From: Alphaproteobacteria bacterium
GTDB lineage: Bacteria > Pseudomonadota > Alphaproteobacteria > MPNO01 > UBA830
Direction: 5' to 3'
Length of the DNA stretch: 64,000 bases
NCBI GenBank assembly: GCA_965243135.1
Contig: OZ251539.1
Coordinates: 3,488,001 to 3,552,000, forward strand
A program made the translations under genes and the position numbers. Of the stretch, positions 43,201-52,586 are shown in pieces. Every line of letters begins with the position of its first letter. Within the stretch, counting starts at the first letter, position 1. The notes beneath the pieces are model-generated. The model was given only the letters and a program-made list of their open reading frames with translations, did no database searches and was not told the origin of the DNA.

Positions 43201-43432
43201 TCACGGCGGCGGCGTTCATCGTGCGCCGCCGCGCCCATCGACATGTTAACCCGGATAAATCGCCAGTTCCAAAGCCGCCGGGCAACGCCCGAAACTACGC
43301 ATCGGAGGGGATAGTCCTCCCTCCGGCCCGGTTCTTCGGCCATGACCTTGAAGGCCTGGCAGCCTATGGCGCACTCCTTATTCACGGTCGGTCGCGCCCC
43401 TCGCACATTGTCCAGGCAAGAGCGTTCGGGCG

Positions 43433-45468
43433 CAGGGCGAATTCAAGAATGGCGCGATCATTGCCAAGCGCCGCCCTTGAGGAGGCGGCCGCGGCGTGAG
43501 ATTCGCGTCGGCGAGACGATGGCGGCGCGAGATCCGCGTCGGCGAGACGATGGCGGCGTGAAGAGACGGCAGCGGTGCTGACAGCGGTGGTGCGAGAGGC
43601 GAGGCTACTGGCGGACGTCAGAAGACCTCCGTGGACAGCTCTCGAACGGCCTGGCGCAGGTCGTAGTGCCGGTGAGCCTGCGGCAGGTAATCGTCCGCGC
43701 AACCGAACGATGGAGATCGCGGCGTTGCGAATCGAAGCCAGTGCACGGGCACTGCCCCCGACGTGGTTGCGGCGGCGGTCCTCGTCGTAAGTCATGTCGC
43801 GAACATGATGCACCCGGTTCTCGATTTCCCAGTGACGGCGAGCAATATCGAGAATCTCGGCAGGTCCTCCGTGCGATGGCGGGACGGAAGTTACTCCGTA
43901 AATGATTTCCGAAGTTGTCCCGACGATCTTTCCCTTTCTGAGTTTCTGGCGTATACGTTCGATGCGGAACGCTTGCCGTCGCCCGGGCAGTTCAACGTAC
44001 CCGTCCCAAGTTTTGTCGAGTTCGACGACCAGACAACTACGAGTGTCGATTCGACCGTGCGTTTTTTCGACCGTCTCGCTTTTACCGACCTCCTGATCGT
44101 TCCAGTCAATCGCTTTCGTCGAGTATCGTCTTCTGATTGCCCTTGACGACCATAAGATAATCGGCTCCCCTGTCCAAGATCAACTGGGTGGTTTCGACCT
44201 GAGTGTGCATGGCGTCAGCGGTCACAATACGTCCAGACAACTGCATGCTCCGTAACAACTTTCGCGCAGCTGGAATCTCGTTTGACTTGTCTGCGACTTT
44301 CACCTGACCGCAAATTAGTCCGGTTTCGTGCTCGACGGCGCCGACCAGATGGCATCCGTCCCCCCGCCGCGACGCTCCGCGCACGGATTTCCCGTCAAGG
44401 ATTCCGTTGGGATCCTGGTATTGCGCGGTCCATTCTCGCAAAGCCTTGTCAAGAGCTTCCGGGTCGACATTTGAAAGCACGCGATGGAAGGTAGCTCGGC
44501 GCCGTGCGGTTTCCATTATCGCTCTGAGCGCACCTCCGCCAGCTGCGGTTGCTTCAACTTTCTGGAGAAGTCCGCTATGGCGGTCACGCTGAACAAACCG
44601 CACAGTTGCGCCGCTATCGCGAGAACCGTTGCCAAAGCGCTGACCGCGACGACTTCGGAAGTCCGGCACCGTACTCAAATACTCGTACAGACTCCCCATT
44701 CTGTGATCCGGTATCTCGTCTACGTTCAATGTCTTGCAGTTCCAGCTCTTGTCGTCGGAAAGCATGCGAAGTTGCTTGCGGGCATCCTTTTCCAGCTCGA
44801 ACATCTTTCTGGACGTTCCGTGTTCGCGGTAACCGCCGCATGCGCTCGTATCCTTTTGTGAACCCAATGGCTTGCCAGTTTGCCGCTTGGTAACACGTTC
44901 CCTCGAAACGGTCCGGATCCACAAAAGTCTCCGCCATCAGGACTGGATGACCGTATGCCGCCTGAAAGTCGTCCGACAGGCGCTGGGTGCTGAGGGACAA
45001 AATATGGGACGCCAGATTGTGTCGCCGCCAAGGCGGAAGAATCAGTAAGCGTGCGTTGTTCGCTACAAGATGCAACCGGCGGCCACGCTGCTCGGGCGTC
45101 CAGCCACCGGTCTCGCGCCCGCAGCCGCCAGGCCCCGGCTTTCCAACCCAGCAACGCTACCCATTCCCCGTTCGGGGCCACGGCGACATGCCGCACCGCC
45201 TCGCCGACCATGCCGCGAAACTCAAGGTAGTGATGCTTCCGCATCGTCTCGTCCCACCGGTCGCGTTCGGCCCGGTCGAGCACCGGCCGAACGGCAATGT
45301 CGTTCGGCCCCCAAATGTTTTTCAGCATCATGGCCGGCACATTGGCGGCAAAAACCGGAAATGTCTAGAAAAAAATTACCCGCCGGTATTTCCGATCATT
45401 CGCCCCCTTCTTGAACGGCCTTTACCTTGCATTATCATTAGGTTAGGCTGAAAGATAAATTCGCCCTG
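43433..45468 (-). mobile_element. ISAs1-family insertion sequence (decayed) with DUF4338-fused transposase
   Basis: Terminal inverted repeats CAGGGCGAATT (43433) and AATTCGCCCTG (ending 45468). 9-bp target duplication GTTCGGGCG at 43424-43432 and 45469-45477. Transposase motifs DGKSVRG, KSNEIPA, VTADAMHTQ, VKGNQ and HHVRDMTYDED. Confidence 0.9.
43660..45340 (-). pseudogene. DUF4338 (DruA-like) + ISAs1 transposase, multiply frameshifted
   Basis: HHYL, VANNARLLILP, NLASHIL and ETFVDPDRFEGTCYQAANW, followed by ISAs1 DDE fragments in several frames. Confidence 0.85.
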
Positions 45469-45782
45469 GTTCGGGCGACTGCGCAGCGCCTTTCCGAACC
45501 CATGGCGGACCACGAAAGAAAGAACGTTCGCGGCGTTGGCCCTTGCCTGCCCGCTTGTTTCGCACCTCCGCCGAGCGGCGGAACGGCAGGACGTTCGTGC
45601 TCGCCTCATAGCGCGGCCTTTCACGCCGCAACGACAGCCTGGCCGAGGCACTCCGCGTTCCGGCGGCGGCGGTCACCGCTTCGGACGACGGCGCGCCCGG
45701 AACGACGGGCGGGCGTCGGTCGGAAATTCCGACCGGAGAACGTCCTGGTGGAACAAACCCGGCATCCGGCTATAATCGGCGA

Positions 45783-46199
45783 ACGACGCCTCGCGTTGCC
45801 GACTTCGCCGATGCCCATCTCCGCCACTGGGAGGATGCAAAATCGCTCTTCGCCCTTGACCGATGGGCGAATGCGGATCACCTCTACGGCCTCAGCGCGG
45901 AATGCGGCCTGAAGGCGGTGATGCAGGCGCTTGGCATGCAGGTAGACGACGAGGGCAAGCCCACGGAGAAAGAACACCGCGAGCACGTAGACAAGCTATG
46001 GCCCGCATACATAGACTTTGTTAAGCATCGCAACGGTGAGCGATACCTTCTTGATGGCGAACCATTTGATGACTGGTCGATCCACGACCGCTATGCGAAT
46101 CGGAGCCACTTCACGCGACCGAACGTAGCGCCGCATCGCGCTGCAGCTTGCCGGATACGCGATGTAGTCGAACTTGCGACCACTGAAGGCCTGCTATGA
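45783..46199 (+). CDS. Small HEPN-like protein (first gene of a three-gene module); start uncertain (ACG 45783 or GTG 45918)
   Basis: The frame is open upstream of 45918: DFADAHLRHWEDAKSLF...ADHLYGLSAECGLKAVM...H..L...DRYANRSH. Confidence 0.65.
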   Translation, partial: TTPRVADFADAHLRHWEDAKSLFALDRWANADHLYGLSAECGLKAVMQALGMQVDDEGKPTEKEHREHVDKLWPAYIDFVKHRNGERYLLDGEPFDDWSIHDRYANRSHFTRPNVAPHRAAACRIRDVVELATTEGLL

Positions 46200-47503
46200 T
46201 CGACAATCCCGTCTTTTTCGACGACATGCGTCCCCGCGTCGTGGAAGCACTCCGCGAAGCGGAGATACCGGACATCGACATCTATCTGGTGCGCAACCTG
46301 TATGGAATGCTGCGCATATCGGTATCTGAAGAATTTGAAGACAACCAGGCATGCTTGAAAGCCGTGAACCGCCTTGCAGACAAACTGAGCGTCGCTTTAG
46401 GGACGCACGGCCATCCTCCAGGTCGCCGCTCCCTCTTCGTGAGCGATCACCTGCTGAAAGACCTCGCAAAGACCGCGCAGCCGGTCGAAGGCTTCGGCAA
46501 CGTATTCTGGGAGGATCGCCTGATCACCGGCGAAGACTGGTGGACAATAAACGAGCCTTGCGCGAATGGGCGCGCAAAGCGTTGGACGCTATACTCGATC
46601 AAAGGCGGCGTCGGGCGCAGCACCACCACCGCAGTCCTCGCCCGGCATCTGGCTGGCAAGGGCCATCGAGTTCTAGTCGTCGATCTGGACCTGGAATCGC
46701 CAGGACTGTCATCAGCGATGCTCGACCCTTCCGCGCAGCCCAAATACGGCATAGCCGACTGGTTCGTGGAAGAATTGGTCGGGCAAGGCGACCTTCTGAT
46801 CGACGAGTTGACTGCCGAGCCAACCTGGGCGCAAGAACTCGCGGGGGCGGTGGCTGTCGCGCCCGCCCACGGCCGCGAGCCCGGCGAGTATCTGGCCAAG
46901 CTGGGACGCGTCTACATGCAGAGGGCCGACGCCCCCTGGATCGTTCGCCTCGAACGTCTGCTGACGGGTCTGGAGGCTCGTTTCGACCCTGATTTCGTCC
47001 TTATCGAAAGCCGTAGCGGACTGCACGACGTCGCAGCGGCATCCGTCACCGACCTCGGCGCCGACGTTATGCTATTCGCCACCGACTCGGAGAGCTGTTG
47101 GACCGATTACGGAATCCTCTTCGACCATTGGCGAGACCGAAATCTGGCGGCGAAAATCAGGGAACGCCTGTCGATCGTGTCCGCCCTGACGCCCGAACTC
47201 GAAACGGAACGATATTTGCAAGGCTTCAAGCAACGAGCGTGGGGCCTTTTCCGGGATCGGCTTTACGACGGCGTAGCCAACGCCTTCCTGCACGTACCTG
47301 ACGCTTCCGACGGGAATTTTTCGTTCGGCCTGAACGACGAAAGCGCGCCGCACAACCCGATCGCCGTTCACTGGACGCGCGGACTGGCGGCCGGCACCTC
47401 GCTGCGCGACCTGGAGCGGACCGCGGTGCAGCAGGCGCATGCGGAATTTCTACGCCGGTTCGATCGACTCGCCGACTTCGACGACCGTGGATTCGACCGA
47501 TGA
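46196..47503 (+). CDS. ParA/MinD-like ATPase with variant KGGVGR Walker A and N-terminal extension
   Basis: YSIKGGVGRSTT, VLVVDLDLESPGL and LIESRSG. ATGA overlap with the upstream gene. Confidence 0.85.
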   Translation: MIDNPVFFDDMRPRVVEALREAEIPDIDIYLVRNLYGMLRISVSEEFEDNQACLKAVNRLADKLSVALGTHGHPPGRRSLFVSDHLLKDLAKTAQPVEGFGNVFWEDRLITGEDWWTINEPCANGRAKRWTLYSIKGGVGRSTTTAVLARHLAGKGHRVLVVDLDLESPGLSSAMLDPSAQPKYGIADWFVEELVGQGDLLIDELTAEPTWAQELAGAVAVAPAHGREPGEYLAKLGRVYMQRADAPWIVRLERLLTGLEARFDPDFVLIESRSGLHDVAAASVTDLGADVMLFATDSESCWTDYGILFDHWRDRNLAAKIRERLSIVSALTPELETERYLQGFKQRAWGLFRDRLYDGVANAFLHVPDASDGNFSFGLNDESAPHNPIAVHWTRGLAAGTSLRDLERTAVQQAHAEFLRRFDRLADFDDRGFDR

Positions 47504-47726
47504 GCCAGGTCCCTGACGCTTCCGACGGGAATTTTTCGTTCGGCCTGAACGACGAAGGCGCGCCGCACGACCCGATCGCCGTTCACTGGACGCGCGGACT
47601 GGCGGCCGGCACCTCGCTGCGCGACCTGGAGCGGACCGCGATGCGGCAGGCGCATGCGAAATTTCTACGCCGGTTCGATCGACTCGCCGACTCCGACGAC
47701 CGTGGATTCGACCGATGAGCCAGGTC
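47297..47726 (+). repeat. 215-bp tandem duplication (2 copies, 6 substitutions)
   Basis: 47297..47511 aligns with 47512..47726. Confidence 0.92.
47500..47718 (+). CDS. 72-aa mini-ORF created by the duplication (copy of the ParA-like C-terminus)
   Basis: MSQV plus the C-terminal 68 aa of the ParA-like protein. ATGA-coupled on both sides. Confidence 0.5.
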   Translation: MSQVPDASDGNFSFGLNDEGAPHDPIAVHWTRGLAAGTSLRDLERTAMRQAHAKFLRRFDRLADSDDRGFDR

Positions 47727-49160
47727 AGCGTCGAGAAGGCCCGCAAGGCGCTCACCGCCCTACCGGAGGGAACGACGCGCGGGGAAATCCCTTCGCTCAA
47801 ACAAGTGTATCTGCCGCAGTCCCACATAAAGGCGATCGACCCGGACGTTCCGCTCGTGGTCGGGATGCGCGGGGCCGGCAAGACCTTCTGGTGGAGCGCG
47901 CTCCAGAATCCCGCTGTGCGCCAACTAGCGAGGCTGTCCGCGAGACGGTCCGGTTTGGCCGAAGACACCGAAGTGCGAACCGGGTTCGGCATCGGCCTCG
48001 CCCCGAACGAGCGCCCGGACAAGGACACGTTGCGGCTGCTGATGGAAAATGACGAACCGAGATCGATTTGGCGAACCGTGCAGGCTCGACACCTCGCGCC
48101 GGACAACCATCCGCTTCGAAAACAGAATACATGGGCGGAGCGCGCAAGATACGTCCGCGACAATCCGGAAGAGATCTCCCAACTGTTCCATCGGCGCGAT
48201 GCCGAGTGCAGCGAGAAGAACGTATATTTCATCATTCTTTTCGACGCATTGGACCAGTGCGCGGACGATTGGACAAACATGTACAGGGCCATTCGCGGCC
48301 TGCTGCAAACCGCTTTGGAGATGCGTTCGTACCGACGGCTTCGGACGAAGGTATTTCTGCGATCCGATCAAATTGACGAAACGAAAATCGGCGACTTTCC
48401 GGACGCGCGGACGATCCTGTCCTCGTCCGTGACATTGAGCTGGCCCCGCAACGAGTTATATGGTTTGTTGTGGCATTCTCTCGCGAACGGAAAAAACGGT
48501 TCCGCGCTCAGAAATTTTCTCTCGAACGGAGATTGGAAAGAATTGCTTCTCGACGGAAATCATTTGTTCGTCGTACCGAGAGACTTGGCGTTCGACGAAG
48601 AGACTCAACGCGAAAAATTCCGCGAACTGGCCGGTCAGCGCATGGGAGAAAGCCGCAGGCTCGGCATCCCTTATTCCTGGATCACGGATCACCTGGCGGA
48701 CGCAGATGGTCGGATAGGTCCCCGCTCGTTCATGGAAGCGTTGCGAAAGGCCGCCGAACACACCACCGAACGACATCCGAAACATCGCCATGCATTGCAT
48801 TACGAAAGCATCAGGCATGGGGCGCTTGCGGCCTCCGCGATACGGATCAACGAACTTCGGGAAGACTATCCGTGGATAGACCAGGTCCTCGCCCCCCTTG
48901 CAGGCATGTCCGTTCCCTTCGAATTCAGAGACGTCGCGCAACGGTGGCGGGAAGAACATCTTCCCGAACGCCTCAAAGCCGCCGACGGGGAGGCGAAACT
49001 GCCGCCCCGCCGCGTCGACGAAGGCGCGAACGGCATTCGCGAGGATCTGGAGCAGCTCGGCATCTTCCAACGCCTGGACGACGATTGGGTCAACGTCACC
49101 GAGGTGTTCAGGGCAGGCTACAGGCTCGGCCGGAAGGGCGGGGTGAAACCAGTTCAATGA
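47715..49160 (+). CDS. P-loop NTPase (STAND-like), third gene of the module
   Basis: VVGMRGAGKT Walker A, IILFDALD Walker B, KVFLRSD and HLADADGRIGPRSF. Confidence 0.8.
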   Translation: MSQVSVEKARKALTALPEGTTRGEIPSLKQVYLPQSHIKAIDPDVPLVVGMRGAGKTFWWSALQNPAVRQLARLSARRSGLAEDTEVRTGFGIGLAPNERPDKDTLRLLMENDEPRSIWRTVQARHLAPDNHPLRKQNTWAERARYVRDNPEEISQLFHRRDAECSEKNVYFIILFDALDQCADDWTNMYRAIRGLLQTALEMRSYRRLRTKVFLRSDQIDETKIGDFPDARTILSSSVTLSWPRNELYGLLWHSLANGKNGSALRNFLSNGDWKELLLDGNHLFVVPRDLAFDEETQREKFRELAGQRMGESRRLGIPYSWITDHLADADGRIGPRSFMEALRKAAEHTTERHPKHRHALHYESIRHGALAASAIRINELREDYPWIDQVLAPLAGMSVPFEFRDVAQRWREEHLPERLKAADGEAKLPPRRVDEGANGIREDLEQLGIFQRLDDDWVNVTEVFRAGYRLGRKGGVKPVQ

Positions 49161-50208
49161 CCTCGGGAAGGATTCTCCGGCTCACAAACGCACCCGAGAA
49201 CTTGATCGACGATCGCCAACCAAGCCGACAAGGATCGCGCCGTCCGCAGGGCTGTATCGTAAATCCGAAAACCGACGCAAGCTCGGTCAGAATTTCCCTG
49301 CCTCTCCGAGCCATTCCTATCCATTCCGTGAGCGTACAAATTTAATTGCGCCATAATCTCCCGTCAACCCATCTTCAGCACTTTTCACTGACGCCATCCC
49401 GTAACACATTGAAAATAAATCAACCAAATTTTTCATCGGTGCTGTATGGCACTACATTTTGTTGCGCTGCCTGTGCGGGCTGGTCCGAACGCCCAAGGCA
49501 TGCACGATAGCGCAGGCGTGGGCATCTAGACGGGCATCTTGGCGGATCACGATTTGGTCCCCATGCCGGGATTGTAGTGCGCCACGCGACTCGAATTATG
49601 GCACTACAAAGAAGGTTTCAGGCTCGACATTCAATAATATCATTAGGTTATGGCAGACAAATTGGCCGAAAAGGCCCTAATTCAACCGGAAAGTGCTGAA
49701 GATGGGTCAAGTTCGAGGCGCAAAGAATCCCGGATGATCCCACGTTAATTTTGCGTTGCATTTCCGGGTTTCTTCGTTGGTTCCCTCCGGCTTTCGCGAG
49801 CCGCTTCGGTTATTCCCGAGCCATGGCTTCGAACGGGCACTTGGGCATGGAGGCTTCTTCCGCTGCGGGAGTCCGCCTCGCTCGACCGGACGAGCGGAAC
49901 GCTCCCGTTCGACGGAACCATTGCCTGGAGTTCGGGCGTTTCGCCGCTTGCGGCGCATGTCGTCGCTCGCGTCGTCCGGCGCCTGCAGGCCCGGCGCGCG
50001 CCACGCGCCGAAAGTTCGGGACGCAAGCCCGGACGCCCCACAGGATTTTCGCGGAGCAACAGGCCCGCTCGCCCCCGCGCCGAGGCAAAGAGGGAGGCGG
50101 TTGAGGGAAACGTTCATCGCCAAGCGCTGTCCGCGAGGAGGAGCGGCAGCGGCCTTTCGCGGAAGCGGCTGTCGAAATGTCCGAACGGGACGTCGAACTC
50201 GCCCGGCT

Positions 50209-51729
50209 TCAGGCGGCCTCGCAATCGAAGCCGACGACGTTGCGCTCCTCGCGGCTGAACTCCACCCCGATCAGGTGGACCGAACGACCGAGATGGCGGT
50301 ACTTGTCCGCATAGCCCTTCTCCCGCAGTTGCGCGAGCGCGGTTCCCTCCCGTCCGCGCTCCACCACCTTGAACTCGAACAGGTAGACGCGCCCGCCGGC
50401 GCGGACCGCCATGTCGGCGCGCCCCCGGCTGCCGCTGTCCTCGGCCACCGGCTCGAGGCCCTCCATCAGGAAGCAACTGGACGCTCGCGTAGTGGGCCTC
50501 GTACTTCGCGACGGGGCTGGTCGCGTACCATTGGTGCGGGATGGCGGCGAAGACGCCGCGGAACAGGGTCTCGATGCGCTCGAAGTCGTTCGCCTCCAGC
50601 AATTCGCCCAGCCGCAAGTTATCCGCCTTCTCGCGGGCATGACGCGGGAGCAGCTCTTCCAACAGGGCTTCGCCCAGGCTCCGGCGCACCTCGAGGTTCG
50701 GGTAGCCCAGCCTGTAGCGCCCGTCCTCCTCGCCCGCGATGGTGAGGTAGCCGGTTTGGAACAGAAGCGCCTCCACCGAGATCCTGTCCACGTCGACGGA
50801 CGAAAGCAGGCTTTCGCTGCCGGTCATGCCGTCCAAGTCGGGAGTGGGCAGGTCGCGGCGCGCCAGCGTCTCGACCAGAAAGGTCGGCGTGCCGCTCTGG
50901 AACCAGTACGGGCGGAACTCGCGCCGTCGAAACAGCAGCAGGAGGCCGAACGGGTTGTAGACCCTCTCCGGCCCGCGCCAGTTGTAGCCGTTGTACCAGC
51001 GCCGGATCTCGTCCCGGTCCAAGCCCTCGAGTTCAGGGGCGAAGACCGCGTCCAGCTCGTCGTCCGTGCAGCCGCAGATGTCCGAGAACTCAGGCTCCAG
51101 CGTGATGTCGATCAGGTTGTTCAGGCCAGAGAACAGGCCCGCATGCGAGAACTTGCTCACCCCCGTCAGGAAAACGAAACGGAGATGCCTGTCGCTGTCC
51201 TTGATCATCGCGTAGAAGCCGCGCAGGAAGTCGCGGTTGGCCGCCGCCAGCTCCCGGTCGCCGAGCGCGTCCAGAATCGGCTTGTTCGTCCACCAGCACG
51301 ACCGCCCGCTGCCCGGCGCGCTCGTGCAGCGCCCTTATCAGGCGCCGGAAACGGACCGCCGCCTCGGCGGGGCCCGGTTCGAGGCCGGCCAGCCGTTCCG
51401 TCTCCTCCAGCTGGTCTTCCACGTTTCTCCGAACGAGGTCCGGGGAGTCGAAATTGCCCCCGCCGAAGCTGATCCGCACGACGGCGCGTCGACCAGTCCC
51501 ACTTGCCGTGCACGGCGAGGCCCCGGAACAGCTCCTCGCTTCCCTCGAACAACTCCTGCAGCGTGTCCACCAGCAAGGTCTTGCCGAACCGGCGCGGACG
51601 CGACAGGAAATAGTAATCGCCCCCTTCGACGAGGCGGCGCACATGGTCCGTCTTGTCGACGTAGTAGCAGTCCCTCGTCCGGATTTTCCGGAGGGAGGTC
51701 ATGCCGGTCGGCAGCATGCGCTTCGTCAT
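50209..51729 (-). pseudogene. AAA-ATPase + PD-(D/E)XK paralog, frameshifted
   Basis: MTKRMLPTGMTSL, SRPRRFGKT, FLTGVSKF and GRADM...YLFEFK spread over several frames. Confidence 0.9.
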
Positions 51730-51831
51730 CCAAAAAGAGTAGGCAGCCGCGCCGGAGCCGTCAAGGAGGCGGCGGTCGCAAGCAGGGCGAATCCAGGAAC
51801 GGGGCGGTCGTTGCCAAGCGCTGCCCGCGAG

Positions 51832-51929
51832 GCGGCAGCAGTGCGGGAAGCGGCAGCAGTGCGGGAAGCGGCAGCAGTGCGGAAAGCGGCAGCAGTGCGG
51901 AAAGCGGCAGCAGTGCGGAAAGCGGCAGC
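51832..51929. repeat. 18-bp tandem repeat GCGGCAGCAGTGCGG(G/A)AA, about 5.4 copies
   Basis: Read directly from the sequence; no spacers between units. Confidence 0.92.
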
Positions 51930-51942
51930 GTCGGGAGGCCAA

Positions 51943-52052
51943 GTGCGAGCAGTCACGATAACCGGCAGTTTCAGGCGCAAAGCCGCGCCTGAAAGGAAGG
52001 CGTTTCCGTTTCCTCTCACGCCTGAGAGTGATCGGGCCGGAAAATGCCGTTT
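51943..52052. repeat. Left arm of a long inverted repeat
   Basis: GTGCGAGCAGTCACGATAAccGGCAGTTTCAGG...GGAAGGCGTTTCCGTTTCCT...CACGCCTGAGAGTGAT matches the reverse complement of 57177..57305. Confidence 0.85.
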
Positions 52053-52056
52053 GCGG

Positions 52057-52551
52057 TCAAGACGGCCTCAGGCACCAAGATCGTATCCGTTTGCGGATCT
52101 CCGACTTCGGCAACCGGCATCTCGGATGCGCGGCGATCGCTCGGAGGCCCGCGCAGAGCTTGTCTCCGTCCTCCTCGCCATCCTCGAACATCCGGTCTAT
52201 CAGCCACAGAACGCCGTGGCATGCGACCTTTTGCTCCGCAGCCAATTTACGCAACTCACCGTCGCCGGACAACAACGTCCAGGATCTGGTTTTTGCGAGG
52301 GCAAGAGCGAAGCTGTCCGGCAACGAAAGTGCCCGTCGTCTCCGTCGGTAGTCCAGCGCAAGCGCAACCTCGCCGCCGTCCAGCTCTTCCACACGGAGCC
52401 CGAGTTTGGTCAGGGTAGAATCGCCACGGTCCTTGAGTTCCCGTCGATACAGCAAATCCGGCACGGCGAATTCGAACGGAAGGCGGAAAGCGGTCTCCAG
52501 CAGCGATCCGCGTTCGAGATCGATTAAAACCGAAGTGTCGGAAACCAGCAT
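52057..52551 (-). CDS. PIN domain protein (putative toxin)
   Basis: LVSDTSVLIDL, LSLPDSFALALA and LLSGDGELR. Confidence 0.85.
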   Translation of the reverse strand: MLVSDTSVLIDLERGSLLETAFRLPFEFAVPDLLYRRELKDRGDSTLTKLGLRVEELDGGEVALALDYRRRRRALSLPDSFALALAKTRSWTLLSGDGELRKLAAEQKVACHGVLWLIDRMFEDGEEDGDKLCAGLRAIAAHPRCRLPKSEIRKRIRSWCLRPS

Positions 52552-52586
52552 CGTCACGATGTTCCTACCCGGCCGAGGATAGATTT

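Noticed and set aside
44614-45340. Druantia defence system
   Set aside because: The DUF4338 region lies inside the ISAs1 ends, is frameshifted, and no other Dru genes are present.
46196-47503. Plasmid or chromosome partition locus
   Set aside because: No parB or parS, a deviant Walker A, and coupling to HEPN-like and NTPase genes.
47297-47726. Possible DGR template/variable repeat pair
   Set aside because: The mismatches are not adenine-specific in either direction (A>G x3, G>A x2, T>C x1), and there is no reverse transcriptase in the window.
51832-51929. Possible CRISPR array
   Set aside because: The 18-bp units are contiguous with no unique spacers and no cas genes; it is a VNTR.
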